From a virus (Duplodnaviria; Caudoviricetes), in IMG/VR virus record IMGVR_UViG_3300043409_003130, positions 18,526 to 82,525 of that record: 64,000 nucleotides of DNA. One strand, written 5' to 3'. Below the pieces are notes generated by a model. That model did not search any database. It worked only from the letters and a program-made list of their open reading frames with translations, and had not been told where the DNA came from. The first letter of the stretch is position 1; the number at the start of each line of letters is the position of its first letter. Both the position numbers and the translations under genes were made by a program. Of the stretch, positions 28,686-38,760 are shown piece after piece.

Positions 28686-31612
28686 TTTCAAATTTTATAA
28701 ATTTATCAAGTTATTGTGTACTTGAATTTAGAGCAACCCCAATTGGCGATGCAAATCCACCATTATTAACTTCACAATTTTATCTAGTTGATAATAAACA
28801 CTTAGGTATTAAACAAATTTATAATACTGATGGATATTCAGCAACAACTCGCAATACTAGAAATTTTAGTCTTATTGGACTAGGCGGATCTAAGTTAATA
28901 TATAATGATATTACATTAATCCCAATGTATTCAGATTTTGATCCATTAATAACAGAAACCACTGTTTCTAGTGAATTAAGTATTAATATGGTAATGGACA
29001 CAATGCGATTTCATTTTGCATCAGGTTTTAATTTTACTGACGTTGAACATATAATTGTTGGAGCCCGTCATAAACTTAATAATATTACTCAAATCCAATT
29101 AGCCAATATTATATTAAATGCAGTAACCACTGCCGCACTTTTTAGTTATAATACCCGACCTCTATTTTTAGCCAATACAATATATGATAAGTATATTGAT
29201 ATTAAAATTCCATCAATTCCATGGCTAGATGCAGACTTTAAACAGTTTGGAGCCAGTTCATTTGAACATGCAATAACTGGTGGTATTGGTTTCATTAAAA
29301 ATGCCCCAATTACAGTATTTTTAGCAGAAGCGACCCAATCTGATTACTTTGCACCAAATAATATAACATATGAGCAATATCAAATTACTCAATATTATGA
29401 AGGTTCAGTTTCGCAAATTAATAAATTTGATACACTAGGTTGCCAAATTGCCGAGGCAGAGGACGGCGACTATATTGAATTTTTTGCAACCTGGAATGGA
29501 GCATTTCCAGATTCATTAATTGCAACCCTAAATGAGAGTGGAGCTGATCAAGAATGGATAATATCACATCAACTGACTATATACGAACATATTGGTTCAG
29601 ATATTGTGCTATCTGGAAATTCTTTAATTTATCAAGAGTCTAATTTTGATACCCCATTAACCTATCGGCCTATATTAAAACAGGCTGGCTTTGCGGTAGC
29701 AATGTCAATTGACTATATAATGAGATTAATCAATAAAAAAAATGGGGACCAAGTAATAAAAAGTGCCTCAATGAGTATTATTAATCCAAACCGATATGGT
29801 AAAAAATTAGAAAAAATTGAATTATTAAACGGCCCGCAGTCAATGCGAATATACAATAAAATTGAGCAAAAAAACTTTGAGACCAATGCAATTTTTTCAG
29901 GATCAGTACCGTCAATAAGCACAAGTGCTCCAAGTACTACACTCTTAACTAATCAAATTACGTTATTAACCTCTCAAAGAGATACACTACAGGCCCTATA
30001 TACTAGTGCCCAAATTCCAATTACGTCGGTTATTAAACAGATAAGTATTCAATTAAGTAGCGGTAATGCACTATCCCCAATTGGTGAACAGCTTATTTAT
30101 GGACAAGGTCGAGCGGTGTTAGTAATTGATCCAGTTGATAATTTAATAAAATTAACACTTTATAAAAAAGAAACTCTAGGTACCTCAATACTAAGTTTAG
30201 CCCCAATAAATTTAGTGGCTGGATTTAATAGCGTAACATTTAAATTAACATTCGGTACCACTAACGATTTTATATTTTCAAATACTTCAATTGGTAACAT
30301 ATCTAGTTTGGCAAACGGCGAACTTTTATTTAGAATTCCAAAGGTTCAGGCTAAATTACTATTAGAGAATTCAGAGAATACGTTTATGGTAACCAAAGTT
30401 GACCCACTTGGAACCGAAACTCTTATGTATACTGGTACCTGGTTATCATCATCTGATTACCAAGCCGCAAATACCGCGGTTGATATTGCCAGAGAAAATG
30501 CCGTAACCGCTGCTGCCTTAGCCACTGCCCTTGCAACAATTAATACATTAAATCTTGAAAAGAGTTTATTAACGACTCAGAAAAATGCAGCAATTGCACA
30601 GAAAAATACAGCAATTGCAGAGAAAAATACAGCAGTTACGGCATTTGCAACGCATATGGCAATACCGCATAATACCGGAACTGGCGGCGGTCCGCCGCCA
30701 CCGACAACTACAACAACTACGGCGCCAGCAATAGTTGAAGCAATTTCAGGATTTGGTCCACAAACCGGAAACGTTGGATCAACGGTTGCCTTAAGTGGAA
30801 ATTTTAATTTTGGCAACCCTGGAACTATTAAGGTTGGAAGTACCCCAGCGGTAATTAGCCTGCTACGTCCAAATGATAATGCGATTAACTTCACTATTCC
30901 AGCTGGTGTAAATATTGGAACAGGTAATCTGTCAGGTACTCCAAATTTAATATATTATACTGGTTCAAATGGAAGTGTTAGCACAAGTGCAGGTCCATTT
31001 ACTGTAACTGAACCTGCTAATACAACTACAACGGTTCACTATCATGTATATGTAGGTAATAGAACTGGATCAGCTGGTGCATATACCTATGCTGACTGGC
31101 CAATGGACAGTCCGACTACAATGTTCTATTACAACATGTTTGAAATACAAACGGAAATAATGGTTAATGGAGTTGGACAAGGATTTAGCAATCCAAGTAC
31201 ACAAAAGGTATTTATGAGGTCTCCAGCTAGTACATATTCAGGGTTAACCCAGCTTCAAATAACTGGACCAAATCCAGCGGCTGCAGTATATGTAAACGGT
31301 CTATCATATGATAGTGGATGGGTTAGCGGAACCTTTACCATGCTTAAAACTGATAGATTTAAAATAATTAGAAGCTCTAGTACAAGTAACAATGCCACAA
31401 GCATATCAGATTCGGTTTGGTTAACTGATGATCAGATCTATCGTAGAAATTACACAAGCGGCCAATTTGGATATAGTGCTCCATATAACATTGGATTAGG
31501 AAACGGGCTTCCATATAGTGCACAAGTTTCAAATGGATATATCTATTTTACTGAGGAGCAGTTATCTGGTAAAACGATACATATTTGGTCTGGCGCAAAA
31601 AGCGCATATTAA
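28682..31612 (+). CDS. Large virion structural protein with coiled coil, Pro/Thr linker and IPT/TIG-like Ig domain
   Basis: ISGFGPQTGNVGSTVALSGNF...IKVG...INFTIPAG (IPT/TIG pattern); PPPPTTTTTT linker. Confidence 0.65.
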   Translation: MISNFINLSSYCVLEFRATPIGDANPPLLTSQFYLVDNKHLGIKQIYNTDGYSATTRNTRNFSLIGLGGSKLIYNDITLIPMYSDFDPLITETTVSSELSINMVMDTMRFHFASGFNFTDVEHIIVGARHKLNNITQIQLANIILNAVTTAALFSYNTRPLFLANTIYDKYIDIKIPSIPWLDADFKQFGASSFEHAITGGIGFIKNAPITVFLAEATQSDYFAPNNITYEQYQITQYYEGSVSQINKFDTLGCQIAEAEDGDYIEFFATWNGAFPDSLIATLNESGADQEWIISHQLTIYEHIGSDIVLSGNSLIYQESNFDTPLTYRPILKQAGFAVAMSIDYIMRLINKKNGDQVIKSASMSIINPNRYGKKLEKIELLNGPQSMRIYNKIEQKNFETNAIFSGSVPSISTSAPSTTLLTNQITLLTSQRDTLQALYTSAQIPITSVIKQISIQLSSGNALSPIGEQLIYGQGRAVLVIDPVDNLIKLTLYKKETLGTSILSLAPINLVAGFNSVTFKLTFGTTNDFIFSNTSIGNISSLANGELLFRIPKVQAKLLLENSENTFMVTKVDPLGTETLMYTGTWLSSSDYQAANTAVDIARENAVTAAALATALATINTLNLEKSLLTTQKNAAIAQKNTAIAEKNTAVTAFATHMAIPHNTGTGGGPPPPTTTTTTAPAIVEAISGFGPQTGNVGSTVALSGNFNFGNPGTIKVGSTPAVISLLRPNDNAINFTIPAGVNIGTGNLSGTPNLIYYTGSNGSVSTSAGPFTVTEPANTTTTVHYHVYVGNRTGSAGAYTYADWPMDSPTTMFYYNMFEIQTEIMVNGVGQGFSNPSTQKVFMRSPASTYSGLTQLQITGPNPAAAVYVNGLSYDSGWVSGTFTMLKTDRFKIIRSSSTSNNATSISDSVWLTDDQIYRRNYTSGQFGYSAPYNIGLGNGLPYSAQVSNGYIYFTEEQLSGKTIHIWSGAKSAY
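30578..30640 (+). repeat. Three 21-nt tandem copies encoding heptads QKNAAIA/QKNTAIA/EKNTAVT
   Basis: cagaaaaatgcagcaattgca cagaaaaatacagcaattgca gagaaaaatacagcagttacg. Confidence 0.8.
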
Positions 31613-31694
31613 AAAGCTAATTTATTATAAAAAGCCATAGATAAATAAAGTTAGAGAATATATTAAATAAATAATAAAAAAGATAACTAGTTCA

Positions 31695-33233
31695 ATGAAC
31701 AGTCTCATACAAGAATTAACAACAGAGTTAAAATCAAATACTCAAATCAAAGATAGTATTGTCGTAAAGGTAGTATTAGAGTCAATTAATAATTCAGTAC
31801 TATTAGGAGTCTCTTCTTCTGATGTATTGGAAAATGCACTTTCTACACTTGACCAGTTAGCCCAGGCTACAGTTAATGAAAACTTAAAAGAGGTGGTTGC
31901 TAAATTTAAAAAAATGGCAGTAAAACCTACACAAAGACTTCAAAATATGGCAAAAGAGGCTGGCATATCAATAAAGATTAAGGCCTTAAAAGAGTCAGCG
32001 ATGTATGGAGATCCAACTTTTAAATATACAATTTCTAAAATTGAAGAAAAGTTAGCCGGTATTCCAGAGTTTAGACTAATTGGAGTTATTTCTGAAGCAT
32101 TAACACCGTATTCATATGACAAGAATGTTGCCGATACTATTTCTGAATTAGCAAAATATGTAAATGAAAATCGTGCAAAATTAGAGGTAATCAATGCAAT
32201 ATTTGAAATGAGACAAACAAGTTCAATGATTTATAGCGAATCTATTGCAGAACTTGAAAATTCATTATTAGAAAATTCATATAGTTCAGATACGCTTAAG
32301 ATGAAAATGCGTGGAAAATCTACACTACCTATTGTAAATAGACTTATTAATACCTTAAGTATGGTTGAGTCTAAATTATCAGGTAAATTTAATATTGGAC
32401 TAGGAAATGGAGATGCAAAAGTTAATTCAATTATTGCTCCGTTCTGTAAAATATCAGAGTCAGAAGCAGTTGTTTTTGTAGATAATAAGTTTATTAAATT
32501 AACTGAAGAGGATAGCCCTAAGCAGGTAGAAATTTCAGACCTTGCTGAATTTCCAGAATTTGTTGAAGTTTGCGAAGCTTTTGCAGGTTTAAATTTCCAG
32601 GAGCAAGATAATTCAATTGTTACAAACGGTAGAAATTTACAAATTAAGTTCTCAATAAATGAAAATGGTAACTTAACCCTATTTGTTAATAATAATATAG
32701 TTGAAGACTTAACTAAAATGAACTTGTCTGAATTATTTGTTATGGAACAGTTTGAAACTCGTTCTAAATTAACAAAGATATTTAATTCATTAGACACTAT
32801 TGTTAATTTGGAATTTGCTAAGAAAATCGTAAATGAAAGATTAGATAAAGACTCATTGGTATTTACACTTGGAGAAACTCTTTATATCTTTGAAAAGTTA
32901 GGTCAAACCAGACTTATCAAGAAAATGGATGGTTTACAATTTCATAATTACGTAATGGAAAATTTCAAATATGATGTTAGCGAACTATATTCAATTCAGT
33001 TAGAAGATAATGAATTTAAACTTCGTGAACTTGAAGAAGATAAAAAGATAATTGAGTCAGACTTATCTAAACTAGAATTATCAATTTCTAAATTAGAAGA
33101 AGCCTTAACCGACTCTACTTTATCTGAAGAGTATCAAACGCAATTATCTGATCTTAAAGTTTCAATTGAAAAGAACGTAAACTCTCTTAAGAATCACTAT
33201 ATTCAATTAGATCAATCGAAAAAAAAAGCATAA
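31695..33233 (+). CDS. Helical, Glu-rich probable prohead core/internal head protein
   Basis: GATAAATA at 31640-31647; several [ILV]-x-E|[SN] sites; C-terminal coiled coil; ends in an A9 run. Confidence 0.6.
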   Translation: MNSLIQELTTELKSNTQIKDSIVVKVVLESINNSVLLGVSSSDVLENALSTLDQLAQATVNENLKEVVAKFKKMAVKPTQRLQNMAKEAGISIKIKALKESAMYGDPTFKYTISKIEEKLAGIPEFRLIGVISEALTPYSYDKNVADTISELAKYVNENRAKLEVINAIFEMRQTSSMIYSESIAELENSLLENSYSSDTLKMKMRGKSTLPIVNRLINTLSMVESKLSGKFNIGLGNGDAKVNSIIAPFCKISESEAVVFVDNKFIKLTEEDSPKQVEISDLAEFPEFVEVCEAFAGLNFQEQDNSIVTNGRNLQIKFSINENGNLTLFVNNNIVEDLTKMNLSELFVMEQFETRSKLTKIFNSLDTIVNLEFAKKIVNERLDKDSLVFTLGETLYIFEKLGQTRLIKKMDGLQFHNYVMENFKYDVSELYSIQLEDNEFKLRELEEDKKIIESDLSKLELSISKLEEALTDSTLSEEYQTQLSDLKVSIEKNVNSLKNHYIQLDQSKKKA

Positions 33234-33523
33234 ACGAGGCTGAGTCGATTACACTAGTTTCTCCAAAAACTTCAAAATATAGTGTTGGAAAACGGGTTGT
33301 ACTAAATGATAATACTTCAGGTACAATTATTGGAATAGATGCAGTTAGTGGAACTTATCTATTAATGACTTCAGATAACAGGTCAATTCGGGTTAAAACC
33401 TCAGATATTGAAAGTTTAGAAAAACCCAAGGATAATGACTATCAAATATCTGGAATTAATCCAGATAAAACTGATGAACTTTCAATTAAAGATACTCCAT
33501 TTGATTTAAACCAAGACAAGTAA
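33227..33523 (+). CDS. 98-codon -1-frame extension (SH3/KOW-like) of the 31695 gene, reachable by frameshift
   Basis: Open frame SINEAESITLVSPKTSKYSVGKRVVLNDNTSGTIIGIDAVSGTYLLMTSDNRSIRVKTSDIESLEK...QDK*; no start codon at its 5' end; begins at A_AAA_AAA. Confidence 0.7.
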   Translation, partial: SINEAESITLVSPKTSKYSVGKRVVLNDNTSGTIIGIDAVSGTYLLMTSDNRSIRVKTSDIESLEKPKDNDYQISGINPDKTDELSIKDTPFDLNQDK

Positions 33524-33555
33524 TTATAGTATAATAGTCTAAACATTATAGAAAA

Positions 33556-34356
33556 ATGGCAGACGTATTATGCTCAATTGAGGAAGCTAGAGAAGCTGGA
33601 ACTCTTCAAGTCTTTGAAAAAAAGACTAAATATCACGAATATAAATTTCTGGTTAGGTCAGAAGAAGAGATCAAATTCAATGTTTCTCAAAATATCTCAA
33701 TGAAGCCGACTGGTGGAGAGTATTTTAAACCATTATTTTTACCTCACTATGCACAGGACGGTAATCCATTAAGCCTGGATGATCTTAATCAAGAAGATAC
33801 TTGGTTAGATGCTGGAGCCCATATTGGTATATTTGCAACCCGACTACTTACCCAATTTCCAAAAATTAAAAAAGTTTATTCATATGAGCCGTTTCATAAT
33901 AATGTAGAATTTGCTCAACAGAATATTGAAATGAATGGTGTACAAGATCGTTGCGAAATTATTGAAAAGGCTGTTGTACCTGGTGACGAAACCTCAGTAG
34001 ACTTTTTTCTTTCTCAAGATTCAGGTAAACACTCAGTTCATCCAGTAAAAGGTAGAAAAGTAATGACTGTGCCTGCTGAGAATATTAATGAAGTTCTTAA
34101 AAAGGTTAACTGTGTAAAGATGGATATTGAAGGTCTAGAATATGAGATGATTAAGTCAATTACTGACTGGAGTAAAATAAAATTATTTATTGTAGAATAT
34201 CATTTTCATTATAGTTGGCTACTTGAAAATCGCACTCAAAAGTTTAATGAAGTAATGTCAATTATGGAAAATAACTTTGATCGTATTTTTGTAAACCGAA
34301 ATGCTGGAACAAGTAAGCATTTCATAACTCACTTTGCTGGATTTAAAAATGTGTAA
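33556..34356 (+). CDS. FkbM family SAM-dependent methyltransferase
   Basis: WLDAGAHIGIF, VYSYEP, VKMDIEGLEYE, IVEYH. Confidence 0.9.
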   Translation: MADVLCSIEEAREAGTLQVFEKKTKYHEYKFLVRSEEEIKFNVSQNISMKPTGGEYFKPLFLPHYAQDGNPLSLDDLNQEDTWLDAGAHIGIFATRLLTQFPKIKKVYSYEPFHNNVEFAQQNIEMNGVQDRCEIIEKAVVPGDETSVDFFLSQDSGKHSVHPVKGRKVMTVPAENINEVLKKVNCVKMDIEGLEYEMIKSITDWSKIKLFIVEYHFHYSWLLENRTQKFNEVMSIMENNFDRIFVNRNAGTSKHFITHFAGFKNV

Positions 34357-34539
34357 ATGGAAGTATTAAAAGTAATTGAAGAGGCTAGAGAAATTGTAGA
34401 GTCAATTGGTGAAACTTGCCCAGTCTATGTTGGATTTGAAAAATCTGAATATATTGTTACTGGCAAGCAGATGCAAAAAATCGCCGAGGCTCTTTATTCA
34501 GCAGACTGTGAACTTTATAATATATTAAATAAAACTTAA
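34357..34539 (+). CDS. Small hypothetical protein
   Basis: 60-aa ATG ORF abutting the upstream stop. Confidence 0.55.
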   Translation: MEVLKVIEEAREIVESIGETCPVYVGFEKSEYIVTGKQMQKIAEALYSADCELYNILNKT

Positions 34540-34562
34540 TTATCTAAATAGTATAACTAGAT

Positions 34563-35627
34563 ATGCAAACTACTGAATCTAAATCTTTATATGCTTATTT
34601 TGGAGAATTAGGTTTATTTAGTGGAAATATTCCAGGCCATACCTTTTATCAATTAGGTTTACTTGACTCCATTTCTGAAAAATATGGAGTTAGCCGATTT
34701 GATTTTTTAAACTATATAGATGATGCTCCGCCAGTCGATATGGTTCCAATTTTTGGAGATGGTAAATTAGGTTCAATATTTCATACCTATAGCAAAAAAT
34801 TAATTGATCATTACCGAATAGGCTTTAATCGAGTTATTTCTAATATTGAGGATAAGCGGTATTCAAAATTATTTCTAAAAGCCAGATTTCGTAATTTATC
34901 AACTCTTGAAAAAAAATTAACGGATGCTTCAAAATTTGAAAAAATTATTGAAGTTGCAATTAACTCAGGTTATGACCCAAAAGATATTGTAGTATTAGAT
35001 ACTGACCTTTCACTTAGTGAATCTTTTATTGCCAGACTGGCTGAATTAGGAATCACTAGGGAAATTCCATCAATTACAATACCTGGCATAGGCAAATCAT
35101 TTTTGAAAAGTTGCATGGATCTACATCAAAAGTCAAGTGTTATTAAGCCAGCGAATCTTATATACTATGGAAATTTATCATTTGAAAATTATAAATCTGG
35201 CCACAGTAAAAATACAATTATTAATGATATTATTAATAATGTAGACCATATGACACTATTTAGCGGTGACTCTTTTAAAATGACTGTTGCTGCAAAGTCA
35301 ACTCCTGAACTTGAGCAATGGATTAATTCAACTAAGTTGGTTAAGTTATGCCCTAGAGAGAACCGTAAAGATATTTGGACTGCGCTGGAAAATTCACTGG
35401 TTTCGGTAAATGTAAGTAAAGATCTCTATTTAAAAGAAGGTTTTATTCCAGCCCGGGTATACGAATCAGTTATATTTGGAACCGTTCCAATTTCATATAA
35501 GGTTGGAAGCCAGCCTGCACTAACCTTCAATACAGTATCTGAATTTGAAGAAATTTGTAAATTTCTAAAAGACTGTTCCGGGGCTGACTATTTTAAAATA
35601 CTTAGCCAAATAGCAGATTCACTTTAA
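34563..35627 (+). CDS. GT-B glycosyltransferase, T4 beta-glucosyltransferase-like
   Basis: VVLDTDLSL, LIYYGN..F..KSG and SLVSVNVSKDLYLKEGFIPARVYES parallel recalled T4 BGT segments YLFTDIRL, VIYGGSFRSG and AALIIGDKNYNDNFITLRVWET. Confidence 0.6.
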   Translation: MQTTESKSLYAYFGELGLFSGNIPGHTFYQLGLLDSISEKYGVSRFDFLNYIDDAPPVDMVPIFGDGKLGSIFHTYSKKLIDHYRIGFNRVISNIEDKRYSKLFLKARFRNLSTLEKKLTDASKFEKIIEVAINSGYDPKDIVVLDTDLSLSESFIARLAELGITREIPSITIPGIGKSFLKSCMDLHQKSSVIKPANLIYYGNLSFENYKSGHSKNTIINDIINNVDHMTLFSGDSFKMTVAAKSTPELEQWINSTKLVKLCPRENRKDIWTALENSLVSVNVSKDLYLKEGFIPARVYESVIFGTVPISYKVGSQPALTFNTVSEFEEICKFLKDCSGADYFKILSQIADSL

Positions 35628-35668
35628 TTAATATTTCACTAATAAATAATAAAAAGTATTAATGATTA

Positions 35669-38026
35669 ATGAAATTTATAACATCATCGACTGAATTTTT
35701 TGAACTTCATAATAATCCTAAATTAATTAAACTTAGGGAATCTATATTAGCAGTTCCTATTGAGAATTGGAAATATATCAGTACTCTTAAATTTAAACAA
35801 GCTAAGGAAATTTCTAAACAAGAGGCCTGGGCCATAACTTCTCACCAAATATACCTATTAGAAAATTTTGATAGAATTTCAGATATTAATAGAAATGAAA
35901 GCTTACTAACCAGATATGGATATAATTCAGTCTCTTTAACTCTAGAAGGAGCATATTTAGAAACGCTTGAATCACTTGAATCTTTAAATGAAAGTTTGTT
36001 CTCTTCAGTTAAAGACTTTTTATCTATGATGACCGATGGCGGCACGCCAATGGGTGTATTACATTTTGTATTAGATATTATTGGAATTATTCCAGGCTCA
36101 TGGATTGGTTTTCCTAGTGATGTTATTGCAAACTTATTAAATGCACTAATTTATGCTTTTCAAGATAAACCAAGTTATATACTAGCTTTTTTGAATCTTG
36201 CATTTGCATTTTCTGGCCCAATTGGAGCGGGTTTTAAAACTTTATTTAAACCGTTTATGGTAGGCGGAGAAAAATTAATTGCTTTAATATTTAAGGGTTC
36301 AAGTTCAGCAGCATTAAGGGCTGGAGTAATGGACTTTAAAGCTGGTGCACTTGCTATTGATAAAGGAGCGGCAGCCGGTATTATTCCAAAATTTGGAGAC
36401 CTATTAAAAGGAGTTGGGACATTTATTATTACCACTGGCCTAAAGATAATTAAATCATTAATTTCAATTATATCTAGTGCAGTTAAATTTGTATCGGTCG
36501 GTATAATTGATTTAAAAAAACTATTACCAGTAACTAAATGGATTGATGAACTTGTTATTAAAGCAACCGCTGCTGGAAAAGCCTCAACTGAAGCTGGTGA
36601 ACTTTTACTAAAACAAGATGCCCAATTAGTGGCTGGTGCTGAACGCACGGCCGCTGCTGGTTCAGCCTTATCCAAGGATGCAGCTCTTGCTTTAGGTAAA
36701 GATGCAACAGCTGCTGCCGAAATTGAAGCTAAAACATCAAAAGCCCTTGGTGATCTTGAAGGATTAAGTGCAAAGATTGAAAATGATATTCTAAAATCTG
36801 CTGAGTATGAAGCATTTTTGCTAGCCAAGCCAGGCGAAGCAATTAAAGCACTGTATAAGAAATCTGCCACTACTGAAAAATTAATAGGCGGCGTTCTTAA
36901 TACTAAATCAGCAAGTTCAATTGTAAATTTAATGAAAGAGACTAAAATATCTAGTGAACTTGTAAAAATGGGCTGGAAGCCAGGTGAAGCTGCTCTAGTT
37001 AAGGCAATCAAAACTGGAGACGCTGCTACTATTTCTAAATTATTTGGTCAAATGGCAGAAAATCCTAAAATTATGGAACAGATTCTGTTAAAGGAACCTC
37101 GGGTTGCAGCAACATTATCTATATTTAAAGAGGCACCTGAGGCCTTAATTGCTGGAACTAAAAACCTTAAGGCTATTCAAAAAACTCTTACTAAATTAAC
37201 TGGTGGCTTGGCATATCGTGGAATTACCCTAAAAGCCCTTATTGGATTTGTTTTAAAACAGTGTATGAAAGGCGAATGTGCACAATCTATAATAAATGGA
37301 GGGCCTGATAAAATTTTATCAAATGTATCAGCCGCTGCATCTGGCGCAGCAACCTCTGCCTTAATGAGTTCAATGAATGAACTATTATCTAACGTTACAA
37401 TAAATGAAGAATCTGATCCACTTTCTGAAATAAGTGCAGCTGATCTTGAAGAATTTAAAACCAATGACCCTGAGCAATATCAGATATTATCTAAGCAAAT
37501 AGCTGATGCCAAATCGGCTAAGTCAAAGTTAATTAAAGAAACTAACGCTGACCCATGCCAATTGGAAAGTAACTTAGCTGAGGCTAAGACTGGTGTTGTG
37601 TTAAAGTGGCATCATGCATATCAAGAAGGAAAGGTTGTAACCAATTTAGTTACACCTGAGGATTGGGAACAATCCGGCCTAAATGAATATAGCAAATCAT
37701 TTCTTACCCTAGTCGGAGAAGATTCTAATATTGATGCACAGCATCCAATATCTGCATCGGATCCTTATCATGTAGCATATTTATCAGAGATATTTGACCA
37801 TAAATCTGGGTCAATATTAATTAATGAAACTGATAAGTCTAATTTAGATAAAACGCTTGAAGAATTGGTAGAGGAAGGATCATTAAATCCATCTAAAAAA
37901 GAAGAGGTTAAGAAAGAAACTCTTGATCATTGGAAAAATGGAACAGTACCAAAGTCATTTGGTCTTGATGATGTTAAGTTAGATGAATCTTTTTTTAAAA
38001 TTGGAAAATTAATAACACGTAGATGA
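35669..38026 (+). CDS. Large Ala/Gly-rich protein with hydrophobic helices; probable ejection/internal head protein
   Basis: LHFVLDIIGIIPG...DVIANLLNALIY (pre-toxin TG-like); LNE|S, INE|E and LDE|S sites; AATAAATA at 35641. Confidence 0.55.
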   Translation: MKFITSSTEFFELHNNPKLIKLRESILAVPIENWKYISTLKFKQAKEISKQEAWAITSHQIYLLENFDRISDINRNESLLTRYGYNSVSLTLEGAYLETLESLESLNESLFSSVKDFLSMMTDGGTPMGVLHFVLDIIGIIPGSWIGFPSDVIANLLNALIYAFQDKPSYILAFLNLAFAFSGPIGAGFKTLFKPFMVGGEKLIALIFKGSSSAALRAGVMDFKAGALAIDKGAAAGIIPKFGDLLKGVGTFIITTGLKIIKSLISIISSAVKFVSVGIIDLKKLLPVTKWIDELVIKATAAGKASTEAGELLLKQDAQLVAGAERTAAAGSALSKDAALALGKDATAAAEIEAKTSKALGDLEGLSAKIENDILKSAEYEAFLLAKPGEAIKALYKKSATTEKLIGGVLNTKSASSIVNLMKETKISSELVKMGWKPGEAALVKAIKTGDAATISKLFGQMAENPKIMEQILLKEPRVAATLSIFKEAPEALIAGTKNLKAIQKTLTKLTGGLAYRGITLKALIGFVLKQCMKGECAQSIINGGPDKILSNVSAAASGAATSALMSSMNELLSNVTINEESDPLSEISAADLEEFKTNDPEQYQILSKQIADAKSAKSKLIKETNADPCQLESNLAEAKTGVVLKWHHAYQEGKVVTNLVTPEDWEQSGLNEYSKSFLTLVGEDSNIDAQHPISASDPYHVAYLSEIFDHKSGSILINETDKSNLDKTLEELVEEGSLNPSKKEEVKKETLDHWKNGTVPKSFGLDDVKLDESFFKIGKLITRR

Positions 38027-38751
38027 TAAGACCATTTGATGAGTTTCAAGTTCATGATATTTTCTCTAAAAAAATTGCCTTAATTGGAGAAAACCATAAT
38101 ATTCCTGACCTATTTAATAGTGATGCAAAGATTAGCGTACAAATTACCCCAAATGAATATTCAACACATCAAGTATTTAATAGATTAGCCGGCTCAGACT
38201 TAATTCCAGGATTTGTAGGAGACCGATTTAAGGCTATGAAATTAAGGACACCAATTTCAGTAATTTCTCCAAACTCTACTATTCAAACTTTTCCAACATT
38301 TAGACACCTGAATAGTGCAAATTTATTAAAGGGTTCAATTTATTTTAGTAAACCAAAAATTGATACTCAAATTCAGGTTGCTACATATGAAGGGCGTATA
38401 ATTGGAGCTAGAGAAATAATTGACGGCAGGCCAATTCATTTAAATATCTCTCGATATCCTGAGATTCCAATATTATCTCAAATTTCTGAAAACTTATATT
38501 CTAAATTATCATCGGAATTTTCTAGATTTAGAATAGGTTTTACTAAATCTGGTCCAATCCTATTGGCAATGGAAAATTTTAAATTAAAAACACCTGAGCT
38601 TGTTGATTTATATTTCCAAGCATATGAATCTAAACTTGGAAAAATCCCAAACTGGTATAGACACCAAACCTCTAAATCATTAGTTGAAAAATATTTAAGT
38701 GAGTATATTAATAGAGAGGAGATTTCCAAGAAGTGTCCTTATCTACTTTAA
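38023..38751 (+). CDS. Degenerate ATP-grasp-like protein
   Basis: QIQVATYEGRIIGARE and FRIGFTKSGPILLAMEN loosely match ATP-grasp strands; canonical D and ExN residues are absent. Confidence 0.4.
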   Translation: MIRPFDEFQVHDIFSKKIALIGENHNIPDLFNSDAKISVQITPNEYSTHQVFNRLAGSDLIPGFVGDRFKAMKLRTPISVISPNSTIQTFPTFRHLNSANLLKGSIYFSKPKIDTQIQVATYEGRIIGAREIIDGRPIHLNISRYPEIPILSQISENLYSKLSSEFSRFRIGFTKSGPILLAMENFKLKTPELVDLYFQAYESKLGKIPNWYRHQTSKSLVEKYLSEYINREEISKKCPYLL

Positions 38752-38760
38752 TAACTAACT

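Noticed and set aside
28682-31612. Diversity-generating retroelement target
   Set aside because: No reverse transcriptase and no template/variable repeat pair visible in the window.
36175-37011. 278-aa antisense ORF (also 32231..32797 and similar)
   Set aside because: Lies wholly opposite longer, better supported genes; no motifs of its own.
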